Notes: generated by a model from the letters alone, not told the origin. Shown: positions 8,414 to 17,485, counted from the stretch's first letter. The stretch: DNA of 18,639 bases from Candidatus Krumholzibacteriota bacterium (GCA_039714075.1 JBDLKA010000070.1:1-18639), one strand, 5' to 3'. Translations and numbers: made by a program.

Positions 8414-11023
8414 ATGTTGGAAAAGAGGACTCTCAACACTCGAAAAACCGGCCGCTGGCTGACCCTGGCGCTTGCAGGAATAATCGCCCTGATGGCGGGA
8501 ACCGCCCTGGCCGCGGACACGGACATCGTCATCACCGAAGTCATGCAGAACCCCGCGGTCCTTGCTGATGCCGACGGGGAATGGTTCGAAGTCTACAACG
8601 GTGGCGCCACGCCTGTGGACCTCAATGGCTGGACCGTTTCGGACCTGGGCACTGACAGTTTTGTCATTGGGGCTTCCGCCATCGTTCCGGCGGGTGGATA
8701 TGCCGTTATCGGCAACAACGCCGTCGCCATGGCCGGCGAGGGTGTGACCCTTGTTTACGAGTTTTCCGGGATGTTCATCGGAAACAGTGCCGATGAAATC
8801 ATCCTGACCAACGCCTCCGCCGTGGAGATCGACCGGATCGAATACGACGGCGGGGCCACCTGGCCCGACCCGACCGGCGCCTCGATGATGTGGGACGAAG
8901 CCACCGCCGACAACAACATTGGCGCCAACTGGTCAACCTCCACAGCTCCGTTCGGCAGCGGCGATCTGGGTACCCCCGGCCTGCCCAACGGCGGCGCGGC
9001 TCCCCAGCCGCCCGTGGTGGCCGACGTCTACCACCGCACCCTGCTGCCCACGCCCGGTGAAGCGGTCACCATCTACGCGACCATCACCGACGGTGACGGC
9101 ACCATCAGCTCGGCCAACCTGTTCTACCAGGTCAACGGCGGCGGATACTCCTCCCTGGCCATGAGCAATGTCGGCGACGAATACACCGCCACCATCGCCG
9201 GCGGCCTGCTGGGCGACGCGGTCGACTACTACGTGTCGGCCACCGACAACGACGCCCAGACCACGACCAATCCCAGCGATGCGCCGGTGGGCTTCTACAC
9301 CTACAACGTGGCCAACGAGTTCATCACGCCGATCGCCACCATCCATGCCGATTCGGCGGGTTACGACGGCACCCTGGTCATGGTGCAGGCCCAGGTCTTC
9401 ATCCCCGGGAACTACCAGGCCGACCTCACTTCGGTCAGCGCCTACGTCCAGGATGGTTCCAACCGTGGTCTGAACATCTTCGGCACCACACGCAGCACGG
9501 GCATGAGCCTGCTGAACGACACCTCGGCCATCGTCAAGGTTTCCGGTTATGTGGACTACTATTACTCGACGTTGGAGCTCGTGAACTACGAGGTCGAACT
9601 GGTCAGCACGGGCAGCCCCGAACTGACGCCTTCGACCCAGACGACCGCCGCGGCCGCCGCGCCCTCCAACGAAGGCACCTTCATTCACAGCGTGGGCCCC
9701 ATTACGGCCATCGCGACGTCAGGCGGCTCCAACCCCGCCCACAACTTCACGGTTGACGACGGTTCAGGTCCCCTGGTGATCCGCATCGACGACGACCTGG
9801 TTGTCGGCATGGACACCTGGCTGGTGGGCGAACTGCTGGAAGCCTCCGGCGCCGGCGGCACTTACGCGGCCCAGGGCCAGATCATCGTTGGTGAAGGCTC
9901 CAAGGTCCTCAAGGGTGCGGACGTTGCTCCGCCGCTGCTGACCGGAGCCGAACTGACCGCCCCGACCACCGTGACGCTCACCTTCAACGAAGGTCTCGAT
10001 CCGGTCACCGCGGGCAATACGGCCAACTACCAGGTCTATGAGACAGCCATTCCGGGTAACACCATCACCGTGACCGGCGCGGCGCCCGCCGTCAACGTGG
10101 TGGTGCTGACCCTGGACGCCAGCGCCAGCGGGATTTCCCACACGGTGCAGGTCGACAATGTCGAGGACGTGGCGGGCAATCCGATCGCCGCGGCCACGAC
10201 CATGCTCATCTTCGAAGCCGGCGGGCCCGCCGACATCGTCATCACCGAAGTCATGCAGAACCCGGCCGTCCTGTCCGATACCGATGGCGAGTGGTTCGAG
10301 GTGTACAACACCGGCGTCAGCGCCGTGGACATGAACGGGTGGATCATCAAGGATGCCGGTTTCGATTCCACGGTCATCGACAACGGCGGCCCGCTGGTCA
10401 TCAATCCGGGCGAGTACAAGGTGTTCGTCCGCAACGCCACGGCCATGGCCGCGCAGGGCGTGTCGGTTTTCTACCAGTACACGAGCTTCACCCTGGGCAA
10501 CTCCGATGACGAATTGATCCTGACCGACGCGACCGACGTGGTCATGGACTCGATCGCCTGGGACGGCGGCCCGGTCTGGCCGGACCCCACCGGGTATTCC
10601 ATGCAGTGGAACGGCACCGGGGACAACAACGACGGAACCAACTGGGCCGACCGCTGGGCCCCCGCTTTCGGTACGGGTGATAGGGGAACTCCCGGCGCGG
10701 CAAACGATGTGGTCAGCCCGGTTCCCGGCGCGGATCTGCAGACCACCCTGGACGCCAACTATCCCAACCCGTTCAACCCCCTGACCAGGTTCAGCTTCAG
10801 CCTGGACAAGACCGAACGGGTGACCCTGGCGATCTTCGATCTGCGGGGTCACAGGGTGGCCACGGTCCTGGATTCGGTCCTGCCGGCCGGCCGTTACGAC
10901 CAGCAGTACAGCTGGGACGGCACCGACAGCAGGGGCGCCCGGGTCACCAGCGGCACCTACTTCTACCGGCTGACGACCGCTTCTGGGTTCAGTGAAGCCG
11001 GTAAAATGATGCTCCTGAAATAG
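8414..11023 (+). CDS. Secreted multidomain protein: 2 lamin-tail domains, Ig-like and OB-fold-like domains, FlgD-Ig/T9SS-type C-terminal domain
   Basis: Signal peptide ending ALA; two IVITEVMQNP..DGEWFEVYN..GTPG.PN/AN modules; YVQDGS and FTVDDGSG OB-like motifs; TLTFNE..VEDVAGNP Ig-like motif; C-terminal NYPNPFNP..WDGTD..G..V.SGTYFYRL..KMMLLK. RBS GGAGG at 8401-8405. Confidence 0.88.
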   Translation: MLEKRTLNTRKTGRWLTLALAGIIALMAGTALAADTDIVITEVMQNPAVLADADGEWFEVYNGGATPVDLNGWTVSDLGTDSFVIGASAIVPAGGYAVIGNNAVAMAGEGVTLVYEFSGMFIGNSADEIILTNASAVEIDRIEYDGGATWPDPTGASMMWDEATADNNIGANWSTSTAPFGSGDLGTPGLPNGGAAPQPPVVADVYHRTLLPTPGEAVTIYATITDGDGTISSANLFYQVNGGGYSSLAMSNVGDEYTATIAGGLLGDAVDYYVSATDNDAQTTTNPSDAPVGFYTYNVANEFITPIATIHADSAGYDGTLVMVQAQVFIPGNYQADLTSVSAYVQDGSNRGLNIFGTTRSTGMSLLNDTSAIVKVSGYVDYYYSTLELVNYEVELVSTGSPELTPSTQTTAAAAAPSNEGTFIHSVGPITAIATSGGSNPAHNFTVDDGSGPLVIRIDDDLVVGMDTWLVGELLEASGAGGTYAAQGQIIVGEGSKVLKGADVAPPLLTGAELTAPTTVTLTFNEGLDPVTAGNTANYQVYETAIPGNTITVTGAAPAVNVVVLTLDASASGISHTVQVDNVEDVAGNPIAAATTMLIFEAGGPADIVITEVMQNPAVLSDTDGEWFEVYNTGVSAVDMNGWIIKDAGFDSTVIDNGGPLVINPGEYKVFVRNATAMAAQGVSVFYQYTSFTLGNSDDELILTDATDVVMDSIAWDGGPVWPDPTGYSMQWNGTGDNNDGTNWADRWAPAFGTGDRGTPGAANDVVSPVPGADLQTTLDANYPNPFNPLTRFSFSLDKTERVTLAIFDLRGHRVATVLDSVLPAGRYDQQYSWDGTDSRGARVTSGTYFYRLTTASGFSEAGKMMLLK
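8522..8989 (+). repeat. Lamin-tail domain copy 1 (intragenic duplication)
   Basis: Homologous to 10232-10705; the first 32 nt (8522-8553) are identical to 10232-10263. Confidence 0.85.
10232..10705 (+). repeat. Lamin-tail domain copy 2
   Basis: DIVITEVMQNPAVLSDTDGEWFEVYN...WPDPTG.SM.W...GTPGAAN, starting 1710 nt downstream of copy 1. Confidence 0.85.
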
Positions 11024-11045
11024 GGCGTCATTCGGACAGAAGAAC

Positions 11046-11083
11046 GGCCCGGCCGCGGTTTCCAGGGGAATTGCGGCCGGGCC
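11046..11083 (+). terminator. GC-rich stem-loop after the LTD gene
   Basis: GGCCCGGCCGC / GCGGCCGGGCC perfect 11-bp inverted repeat; short T-run afterwards. Confidence 0.6.
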
Positions 11084-11154
11084 TCGGTTTCCGTATCATC
11101 GGGGGATGATCATTTGTTGATTTCCCAGTGCATTGCGGCCATTCTTGGCGGGCT

Positions 11155-12030
11155 ATGAGTTTATCCCGACGCGCAAAAAGAGCCTGGCTGTTCCTGATCC
11201 GTCTCCAAAGGGAGATGGCTTACGACGATGCCATGGGCATGGCGGCCCAGATCGCCTTCTACACCATGCTGGGCCTGTTTCCCTTCCTGATCTTCCTGCT
11301 CTCCCTGGTGAGCACCTTTCCCCTGGGTGAATCCCTGAAACCGCTGATGCTCGAAGCCCTCAGCGACCAGATGCCCCGGGAGTCGGCCGAGTACGTCGCC
11401 GGCATCGTGCTCGAACTGCTGCCCGACTACAGCCAGGGTCTGTTGAGCGTGGGGTTGCTGGCGTCGCTGTGGGGCGCGTCCATGGCGGTCGGCGCCTTGA
11501 TTACGACCATCAACCGGGCCTACAACATCCGCCCCCGGCGCAACATGGCGACCCAGAAAATCCTGTCCATCGTCCTGGTGCTCATGTTGTCGGGGATGTG
11601 GCTGATGTCCATGACCATCATCCTGGTGGGACCGGGCATTACGCAGAACATTTTCGAATTCATGGGCATCGCCAGCGAAACGAACACCTTCTGGACCAGC
11701 ATCCGTCTGCCCATGGCCTTCATGCTGAACCTGATGGCCCTGGCGATTCTCTACTACTTCGCGCCCGAAGCACGCCAGCGGTGGTTGAGCATCCTGCCCG
11801 GGGCCTTCACTTCCACGATCCTGTGGATGATCGCTTCATCGGCCTTCCGGGTTTTCCTGCGGAATTTCGGGGCCTACAACAAGACCTACGGGTCGTTGGC
11901 CGCGCTGGTGATCCTCATGGTGTGGCTGTGGATTTCCGGGCTGATCTTCCTGCTGGGCGCGGAAATCAATTCCCTGATGAAACGCATCGAAGACGACGAT
12001 TCGCCCAAGCGGGTCCGTCTGCTGAAGTGA
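11155..12030 (+). CDS. YihY/virulence factor BrkB family membrane protein
   Basis: AAQIAFYTMLGLFPFLIFL, SLWGAS..INRAY, ILYYFAP, LPGA, YNKTYGSLAALVILMVWLWISGLIFLLGAEIN; several TM helices. ATG 11155 preferred over GTG 11128. Confidence 0.92.
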   Translation: MSLSRRAKRAWLFLIRLQREMAYDDAMGMAAQIAFYTMLGLFPFLIFLLSLVSTFPLGESLKPLMLEALSDQMPRESAEYVAGIVLELLPDYSQGLLSVGLLASLWGASMAVGALITTINRAYNIRPRRNMATQKILSIVLVLMLSGMWLMSMTIILVGPGITQNIFEFMGIASETNTFWTSIRLPMAFMLNLMALAILYYFAPEARQRWLSILPGAFTSTILWMIASSAFRVFLRNFGAYNKTYGSLAALVILMVWLWISGLIFLLGAEINSLMKRIEDDDSPKRVRLLK

Positions 12031-12046
12031 AGGAGAGTTCGCCATC

Positions 12047-12490
12047 ATGGCCGACCGGGATCTTCAGGAACTCAACCCCGAAACCATGACCGCCACCTGG
12101 ACCGGCGGCATGCGTTTCGTCCACAAATCGGCTTCGGGACATGACCTGGTGACCGACGCTGCGGAGGCCAAAGGGGGAGGCGGCACGGGACCGTCGCCCA
12201 TGGAACTGATCATCCTGGGGCTGATCGGTTGCACCGGAGTGGACGTGGCCAGCATCCTGGAACGGATGCGGGAGCCCCTGCAGGGCCTGGAGGTGTCGGC
12301 CATCTGCGAGAGGGCGCCGGAACATCCGAAGGTCTACACGAAAATCCATCTGACCTATTCCCTGCAGGGGGATCTCGAAGAGAAGAAGGTTCGCCGCGCC
12401 ATCGAACTGTCTGAGAACAAATACTGTTCGGTATCGGCCATGCTGGGCCATACCGCGGAAATCACCCACGAATACGTTATCGAAAGCTGA
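12047..12490 (+). CDS. OsmC/Ohr family protein (YhfA-like)
   Basis: GPSPMELIILGLIGCTGVDV and KYCSVS with both conserved Cys; RBS AGGAG at 12031. Confidence 0.92.
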   Translation: MADRDLQELNPETMTATWTGGMRFVHKSASGHDLVTDAAEAKGGGGTGPSPMELIILGLIGCTGVDVASILERMREPLQGLEVSAICERAPEHPKVYTKIHLTYSLQGDLEEKKVRRAIELSENKYCSVSAMLGHTAEITHEYVIES

Positions 12491-12495
12491 ATTTT

Positions 12496-12535
12496 TTCCC
12501 CGGGGGTCGCCAAACCGGGGAATTTTGATTTTTTT
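12496..12535 (+). terminator. Intrinsic terminator after the OsmC gene
   Basis: TTCCCCGG (12496-12503) / CCGGGGAA (12515-12522) stem followed by TTTTGATTTTTTT. Confidence 0.65.
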
Positions 12536-12612
12536 GAGGGGAAGCCGTAAGCTCATCAACCGGGTCCCAGACCGAATTCCTCCGACTCCGCATCACCTCC
12601 GAGGAGAGTTGA

Positions 12613-15600
12613 ATGCTCCGCAGGTTCGCCCCTATCGTATGCCTGTCCGCCCTGGTGGGCATATCATTGATCGCCGCGTCCGCTCACGCGGTCGAAATCC
12701 ATCAGGAACTCCAGGCCCTGCTGCAGGCCAAAAGCGCCACCGACAGGGTGCCGGTCCTGATGCTGTTCGACGACCCGGTCGGGGTGGACGACATCCGGTC
12801 CCGGCTGGAGGATGTTTCGCACCAGGAGCGGCGGCGGCTGGTCCTGGAAAACCTGCGCAGCAAGGCCGACCGCAAGCAGGCCGGCATTCTGGGATTCCTC
12901 GCCGACCCGGTCCGCGGCAAAGGCGTGGGCCGGGTCCGGACCCTTTATCTGGCCAACGCCCTGGCTTTCGAGGCGGCCCCGGACGTCATCAAGGCGATGG
13001 GGGCCCTGCCGGACGAGGCCACCCTCTTTTTCGACAAGAACTATGATCTGATCAGCGGCACGTCCCGGGGTTCCGCTCCCGCGGCCCCGCTGTCACCCGC
13101 GGCGGCGGATACCGCCTGGAGCGTCAAGTACATCAACGCCCACGAGGTCTGGAGCCGGATGGGCTACACCGGCGCCGGCGTCATCGTCGGTCACATCGAC
13201 ACCGGCATCTACCTGACCCACCCCGATCTGGCGTCCCGGCTGTGGGTCAATCCGGGAGAGGTTCCCGGCAACGGCGTGGACGACGACGGCAACGGCTTCA
13301 TCGACGATGTCAACGGCTGGGATTTCGGCGACGGGGACAACGATCCCAACGACGACAGCCTCGATCCCGGGCACGGCACGCACACCGCGGGCACGGTCGC
13401 CGGTGACGGCACCGGAGGCACCCTGACGGGCGTGGCCCCGGGCGCGACCCTGATGGCCGGAAAAGTCTGGCAGGCCAATGGCTCGGGCGGCTCGCTGGCC
13501 ATGATCTGGGCGGCGGAGCAGTACTGCGTGGAAAACGGCGCGCGGATCCTCACCATGTCGCTGGGCATTCCGGGTGACATCCCGCCCTACTTCATGCGCA
13601 ACGAGCGTCTGAACAACAACAACATCCGCGACGCCGGGGTGATCTTTTTCAATTCCGCCGGCAACGAGCATTTTTCCTCCACGCCACCGTTGGAACTGAC
13701 CCTGACGGCGCGGGTTCCGCCTCCCTGGCTGCCGGCCGGATATCCCCACAGCAGCAGCAGCGGCATCATCACCGTCGGCGGCACGGGATACAAGAACGAC
13801 AACATCTATTCCTACTCGTCGCGCGGTCCGGCCCACTGGGGCAACGTGGATCCCTGGAACGACTGGCCCTACCTGCCGGGACCGGGAATCATCAAGCCCG
13901 ATGTGGCCATGCCCGGGACCTGGGTCAATTCCACGGTCATTCCCAGCGGCTACAGCGGCGACACCTGGAGCGGCACGTCCATGGCCTGTCCCCACGCTGC
14001 GGGGTTGGCGGCCCTGATGCTGGAAAAGAACCCGACCCTTTCGCCCGCGGGGGTGGATTCGGTCATGGAACAATGGGCCATCGATCTGGGGTCGCCGGGC
14101 AAGGACAATGATTTCGGCTCGGGCCGGCCCGACGCGTTGACCGTGGTGGCGGCCACGCCGATGATCCAGGCGCCGGACATCACCTGGACGGAACTCTACG
14201 CGGACCCGACGGGGGACGGCGTGCTGGATCCCGGTGAGGTCAGCGAGGTGGCCTTCCAGCTGATGAACACCAGTCCCCTGGTTGGCGCTTCGGCGGTATC
14301 GGGTGTCCTTTCGGTCAAATCCAATGCCTATGTTTCGGTGGCCGACGGCACCGGGACCTTTACCGGTATTCCCGCCGCCGGCGGTCTGGGGGACAACCTG
14401 GACAGCCCGTTCAGCCTGGATGTCGATCCGGCCGCGCCCCAGGGATATGAATTCACCCTGCTGTTGACGGTCACCGCGGATCTGCATTTCCAGAAGACAT
14501 TCGACATCTCCGGCAGGGTCGGCCTGCCGGACTTCCGCACCCATGAAATCGGCGACGTGTATCTGACGGTGACGGACCAGGGCATCATCGGCTACATGGA
14601 CCAGGGCGGCGGCGAAGGCGTCGGCATGGGGCCTGCGGGATTCCCGAGCGACCTGTTCGTCAGCTCGTTCTGGGCCGGGACCAGCGCCTCATACATCTGC
14701 AACCGGGACTACAACGGCCTGGGCAGTGAAAACTACGAGTGGGTCGTGTCGGACCCCGATCCCAACGGCCGTGTCCGTGACCTGGGGCCCGTCGGCAGCG
14801 ACCAGACCTTCCAAGCCATCTTCACCGACGGCGGGCACGCGTCTCCGTTGCCCCTGGAGGTGGAGCAGCTGACCATGGCCTTCGAGACGGCGCCCTACAA
14901 CAATTTCGTGATCCTGGAATACCACCTGACCAACAACAGCGCCGCCGCCGTTCCCGCCTTGTACACCGGGGTCTATTGCGATTTCGATATCGGCGAGGAC
15001 TCGACGGCGAACATGGGCGGCACCGACGCCCTGAGGAACATGACCTATCTGTACGAACCCCTGGGCCACTACTACGGCATCGTCCTGCTCGGAGGAGAGG
15101 TTCCGCAGAACCTCACCGTGGTCAACAACATCTTCTATGTGTTCCCCACCAGTGCGATCACCGACGCCAACAAGTTCGATCTGTTGACCGGAACCCTGAC
15201 CCACCCCGTCGGCAAGACCAACGACGACTGGTCGGCTCTCACCTCGTCGGTGATGAGCCTGGACGCCGGTGGCGGCCAGGGTGTGGCGGCCTACGCCCTG
15301 GTTTTCGGGAACAACCTGACCGAACTGCGCGAAAACGCCGACGCCGCCATCGCCGTCTACGACCCGATCGCGTCCCTGACCGAAAAAACGCCGGTCAAGC
15401 TGTTCCGCCTGGGGCAGAACCACCCGAATCCGTTCAACCCGACGACGAGTATCAGGTTCACCTTGGACCAGGAAGGTCCGGTGGAGCTGGCGGTGTTTGA
15501 TGTGGGCGGGCGGAAGATCAGGACCCTGCTGCGGGATAACCGGAGCGCCGGCGATCACGAGGTCACCTGGAACGGAACCGATGATTCCGGTTCACGGGTG

Positions 15601-15675
15601 CCCAGTGGGATGTATTTCTACCAACTGTCCATGGGGCACGATGCTGAAACCCGTAAGATGTTACTTCTGAAATAG
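12613..15675 (+). CDS. Secreted S8 subtilisin-like serine peptidase with propeptide, accessory beta domains and FlgD-Ig/T9SS-type C-terminal domain
   Basis: Catalytic HIDTG, HGTHTAG and GTSMACPH; oxyanion SAGNE; NGVDDDGNGFIDDVNGWDF insert; signal peptide ending AHA; C-terminal NHPNPFNP..WNGTDDSG..V.SGMYFYQL..KMLLLK. RBS GAGGAG. Confidence 0.94.
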   Translation: MLRRFAPIVCLSALVGISLIAASAHAVEIHQELQALLQAKSATDRVPVLMLFDDPVGVDDIRSRLEDVSHQERRRLVLENLRSKADRKQAGILGFLADPVRGKGVGRVRTLYLANALAFEAAPDVIKAMGALPDEATLFFDKNYDLISGTSRGSAPAAPLSPAAADTAWSVKYINAHEVWSRMGYTGAGVIVGHIDTGIYLTHPDLASRLWVNPGEVPGNGVDDDGNGFIDDVNGWDFGDGDNDPNDDSLDPGHGTHTAGTVAGDGTGGTLTGVAPGATLMAGKVWQANGSGGSLAMIWAAEQYCVENGARILTMSLGIPGDIPPYFMRNERLNNNNIRDAGVIFFNSAGNEHFSSTPPLELTLTARVPPPWLPAGYPHSSSSGIITVGGTGYKNDNIYSYSSRGPAHWGNVDPWNDWPYLPGPGIIKPDVAMPGTWVNSTVIPSGYSGDTWSGTSMACPHAAGLAALMLEKNPTLSPAGVDSVMEQWAIDLGSPGKDNDFGSGRPDALTVVAATPMIQAPDITWTELYADPTGDGVLDPGEVSEVAFQLMNTSPLVGASAVSGVLSVKSNAYVSVADGTGTFTGIPAAGGLGDNLDSPFSLDVDPAAPQGYEFTLLLTVTADLHFQKTFDISGRVGLPDFRTHEIGDVYLTVTDQGIIGYMDQGGGEGVGMGPAGFPSDLFVSSFWAGTSASYICNRDYNGLGSENYEWVVSDPDPNGRVRDLGPVGSDQTFQAIFTDGGHASPLPLEVEQLTMAFETAPYNNFVILEYHLTNNSAAAVPALYTGVYCDFDIGEDSTANMGGTDALRNMTYLYEPLGHYYGIVLLGGEVPQNLTVVNNIFYVFPTSAITDANKFDLLTGTLTHPVGKTNDDWSALTSSVMSLDAGGGQGVAAYALVFGNNLTELRENADAAIAVYDPIASLTEKTPVKLFRLGQNHPNPFNPTTSIRFTLDQEGPVELAVFDVGGRKIRTLLRDNRSAGDHEVTWNGTDDSGSRVPSGMYFYQLSMGHDAETRKMLLLK

Positions 15676-16003
15676 ATAATAATATTTGCCCCGTTTGTTA
15701 ATTTTTTTGCTTTCTCTTGAATGCGGACTGTTTTTGTGTTTTAATGTCTTCCATCAGCCATGAAACCTGAATTTTTAGTGGGTTGGGATGCCGGGGGGGG
15801 AGCCTGTCACTAAAAAAATTCAACAAATCATTTCTCTATGCAAATCTTTGGGTTTTTCTGCAGGCTGATGACCGGGATTGGATTTTGACCCCCCCTTGAC
15901 AACGTCATGCAAGGTGATGCCGCCACCTGTTATTTATATATTTCCCATGCAGTTAAGTGTGGGGGCAATAGGGTGACGCAACTCGAATTGGAGGAGGGGA
16001 TTC

Positions 16004-17485
16004 ATGTTCAAGATACGCAGACTTCTCTTGCTGTTCCTGGGGGTTTTTCTGGTCGTGGGATGTTCCGACCAGGGCGATCCGACCATACCGGGAACGTCGG
16101 AGAATCCATTTGCCGCCATCATACGCGGTGAAATTTCCGAGAAACTGATCGCGTTCGAATTCGCGGCCGAGGTCGGCGAAGGAATCGAGGACCAGGGCAA
16201 GCTCCTGGTGCGCGGACGAAACCTGGTCTACGACGATGAGACCGGAGCGCTCTCGATGGACATGGCGGTCTTTAATGAATCGGAAACCGCCTATCCCGAA
16301 CCGGTCGGTCTGACCTTCGTTCAGTTCATACCCGAAGATGTGACCATTCTCGATTCGGACAACGACCAGAACGGGCCCGGCGCCCTGATCTTTTTCGAAT
16401 TCGATGATGCCGACGGCACCTGGAGCCCGGGTGAGGAAAGCCTTTCACGGACGGTCCGGTTCGACGTCGACTCGGGCACGTCCGTCGGATTCGTGGCCCG
16501 CATCGATGTCGACATGGGCCCCCCGGGCGGGGCCATCGGCGGCATCGTCTGGGATGACCAGGACGAAGACGGGGAAATCGGTGCCGAGGAGGGCGGCGTC
16601 GGCGGCGTCACCGTGGCCCTTTACGCAGGCGAGGGAATCGAGGGAGATCCCCAGGTCACGGCGGTGACCGCGGACGACGGGTCCTACCGGTTCGAAGGCC
16701 AGGACGCGGGCTACTACACCGTGGTCCGGATGCCCCTGGATGGCCTCGTGGGGACGACGCCTCCTGAAATGGCGGTCATCCTGGTCGAAATGGACGGCAA
16801 CATTTCCGACTTCCTGCTGGCCAACTTCGGTGTCATTGCCGGAGACGCTCCCTGCGAGGGTTTCATCCAGGTGGGGGACTATGTCCACGCCAAGGGTGCA
16901 TACGCCGGGGACCCCGATCGGCTGATTTCCGAAATCTTCCACGTTTCCAGATGCGACGGGAACAAGGACCGCGACGATGACGATGACGACGATGGGGACG
17001 ACGACGGCGATGATGATGACGACTGCGATGACGACGACGACTGTGACGACGACGATGATTGCGACGATTGCAATGATGGTTGTCGCCAGAACTCCTGCTG
17101 GGGTCGTCTGGCCGGTCCGTTGACCGGTGACGGCGTGGGTGAGGGTTACCTCGAGATCATGGGCACCAGGGTCCACTTCGCGGACAAGGATCGCGAAAAG
17201 CCCGATGACTGGAAACCCGGAACCAGGGTCAGGGTCGAAGCCTATCGCGACGCCGACATGAACGACGGCGAGGTCATGGCCTGCAGGAAGCCCCACCGAT
17301 GGAAGGGCAACCGTGACCGGGTCCGTGGATTCGTGCAGGAAGTCGTTTGCGGCGACGATGGCCGGATCACCGGCGTGATCGTTCTCAATACCCTGGTCAC
17401 CGTTCCCGAGCAGACCATGGATTCAGAAATTCCCGTGTTCACCGGTTCCCTGAGGGTGCCCGGGTCCGATGGCGGGACGCGATAG
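16004..17485 (+). CDS. Acidic lipoprotein with SdrD-B-like domain, poly-Asp/Cys tract and DUF5666-like C-terminus
   Basis: Lipobox VVG-C; IGGIVWDDQDEDG...TADDGSYRF...GYYTV...ANFG (SdrD B-like); strong RBS GGAGGAGG. The DUF5666 call is tentative. Confidence 0.82.
   Translation: MFKIRRLLLLFLGVFLVVGCSDQGDPTIPGTSENPFAAIIRGEISEKLIAFEFAAEVGEGIEDQGKLLVRGRNLVYDDETGALSMDMAVFNESETAYPEPVGLTFVQFIPEDVTILDSDNDQNGPGALIFFEFDDADGTWSPGEESLSRTVRFDVDSGTSVGFVARIDVDMGPPGGAIGGIVWDDQDEDGEIGAEEGGVGGVTVALYAGEGIEGDPQVTAVTADDGSYRFEGQDAGYYTVVRMPLDGLVGTTPPEMAVILVEMDGNISDFLLANFGVIAGDAPCEGFIQVGDYVHAKGAYAGDPDRLISEIFHVSRCDGNKDRDDDDDDDGDDDGDDDDDCDDDDDCDDDDDCDDCNDGCRQNSCWGRLAGPLTGDGVGEGYLEIMGTRVHFADKDREKPDDWKPGTRVRVEAYRDADMNDGEVMACRKPHRWKGNRDRVRGFVQEVVCGDDGRITGVIVLNTLVTVPEQTMDSEIPVFTGSLRVPGSDGGTR
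16973..17077 (+). repeat. Low-complexity GAY-codon tract encoding D7-G-D3-G-D5-C-D5-C-D5-C-D2-C-N-D
   Basis: 28 Asp in 35 codons, mixed GAC/GAT, with an 18-nt period for the DDDDDC units. Confidence 0.95.

Noticed and set aside
11155..12030. YihY/BrkB as RNase BN or a virulence factor
   Set aside because: The RNase BN label for YihY is a historical misannotation, and the family is widespread in non-pathogens.
8933..15558. Long - strand ORFs (8933-9688, 9764-10852, 13093-14544, 14689-15558)
   Set aside because: Antisense to the LTD and S8 genes; explained by stop-codon scarcity in high-GC3 DNA.
15896..15901. Perfect TTGACA -35 upstream of the lipoprotein gene
   Set aside because: No -10 hexamer at 16-18 bp spacing.
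16879..17073. Poly-Ser ORF on the minus strand
   Set aside because: Simply the reverse complement of the GAY poly-Asp tract.
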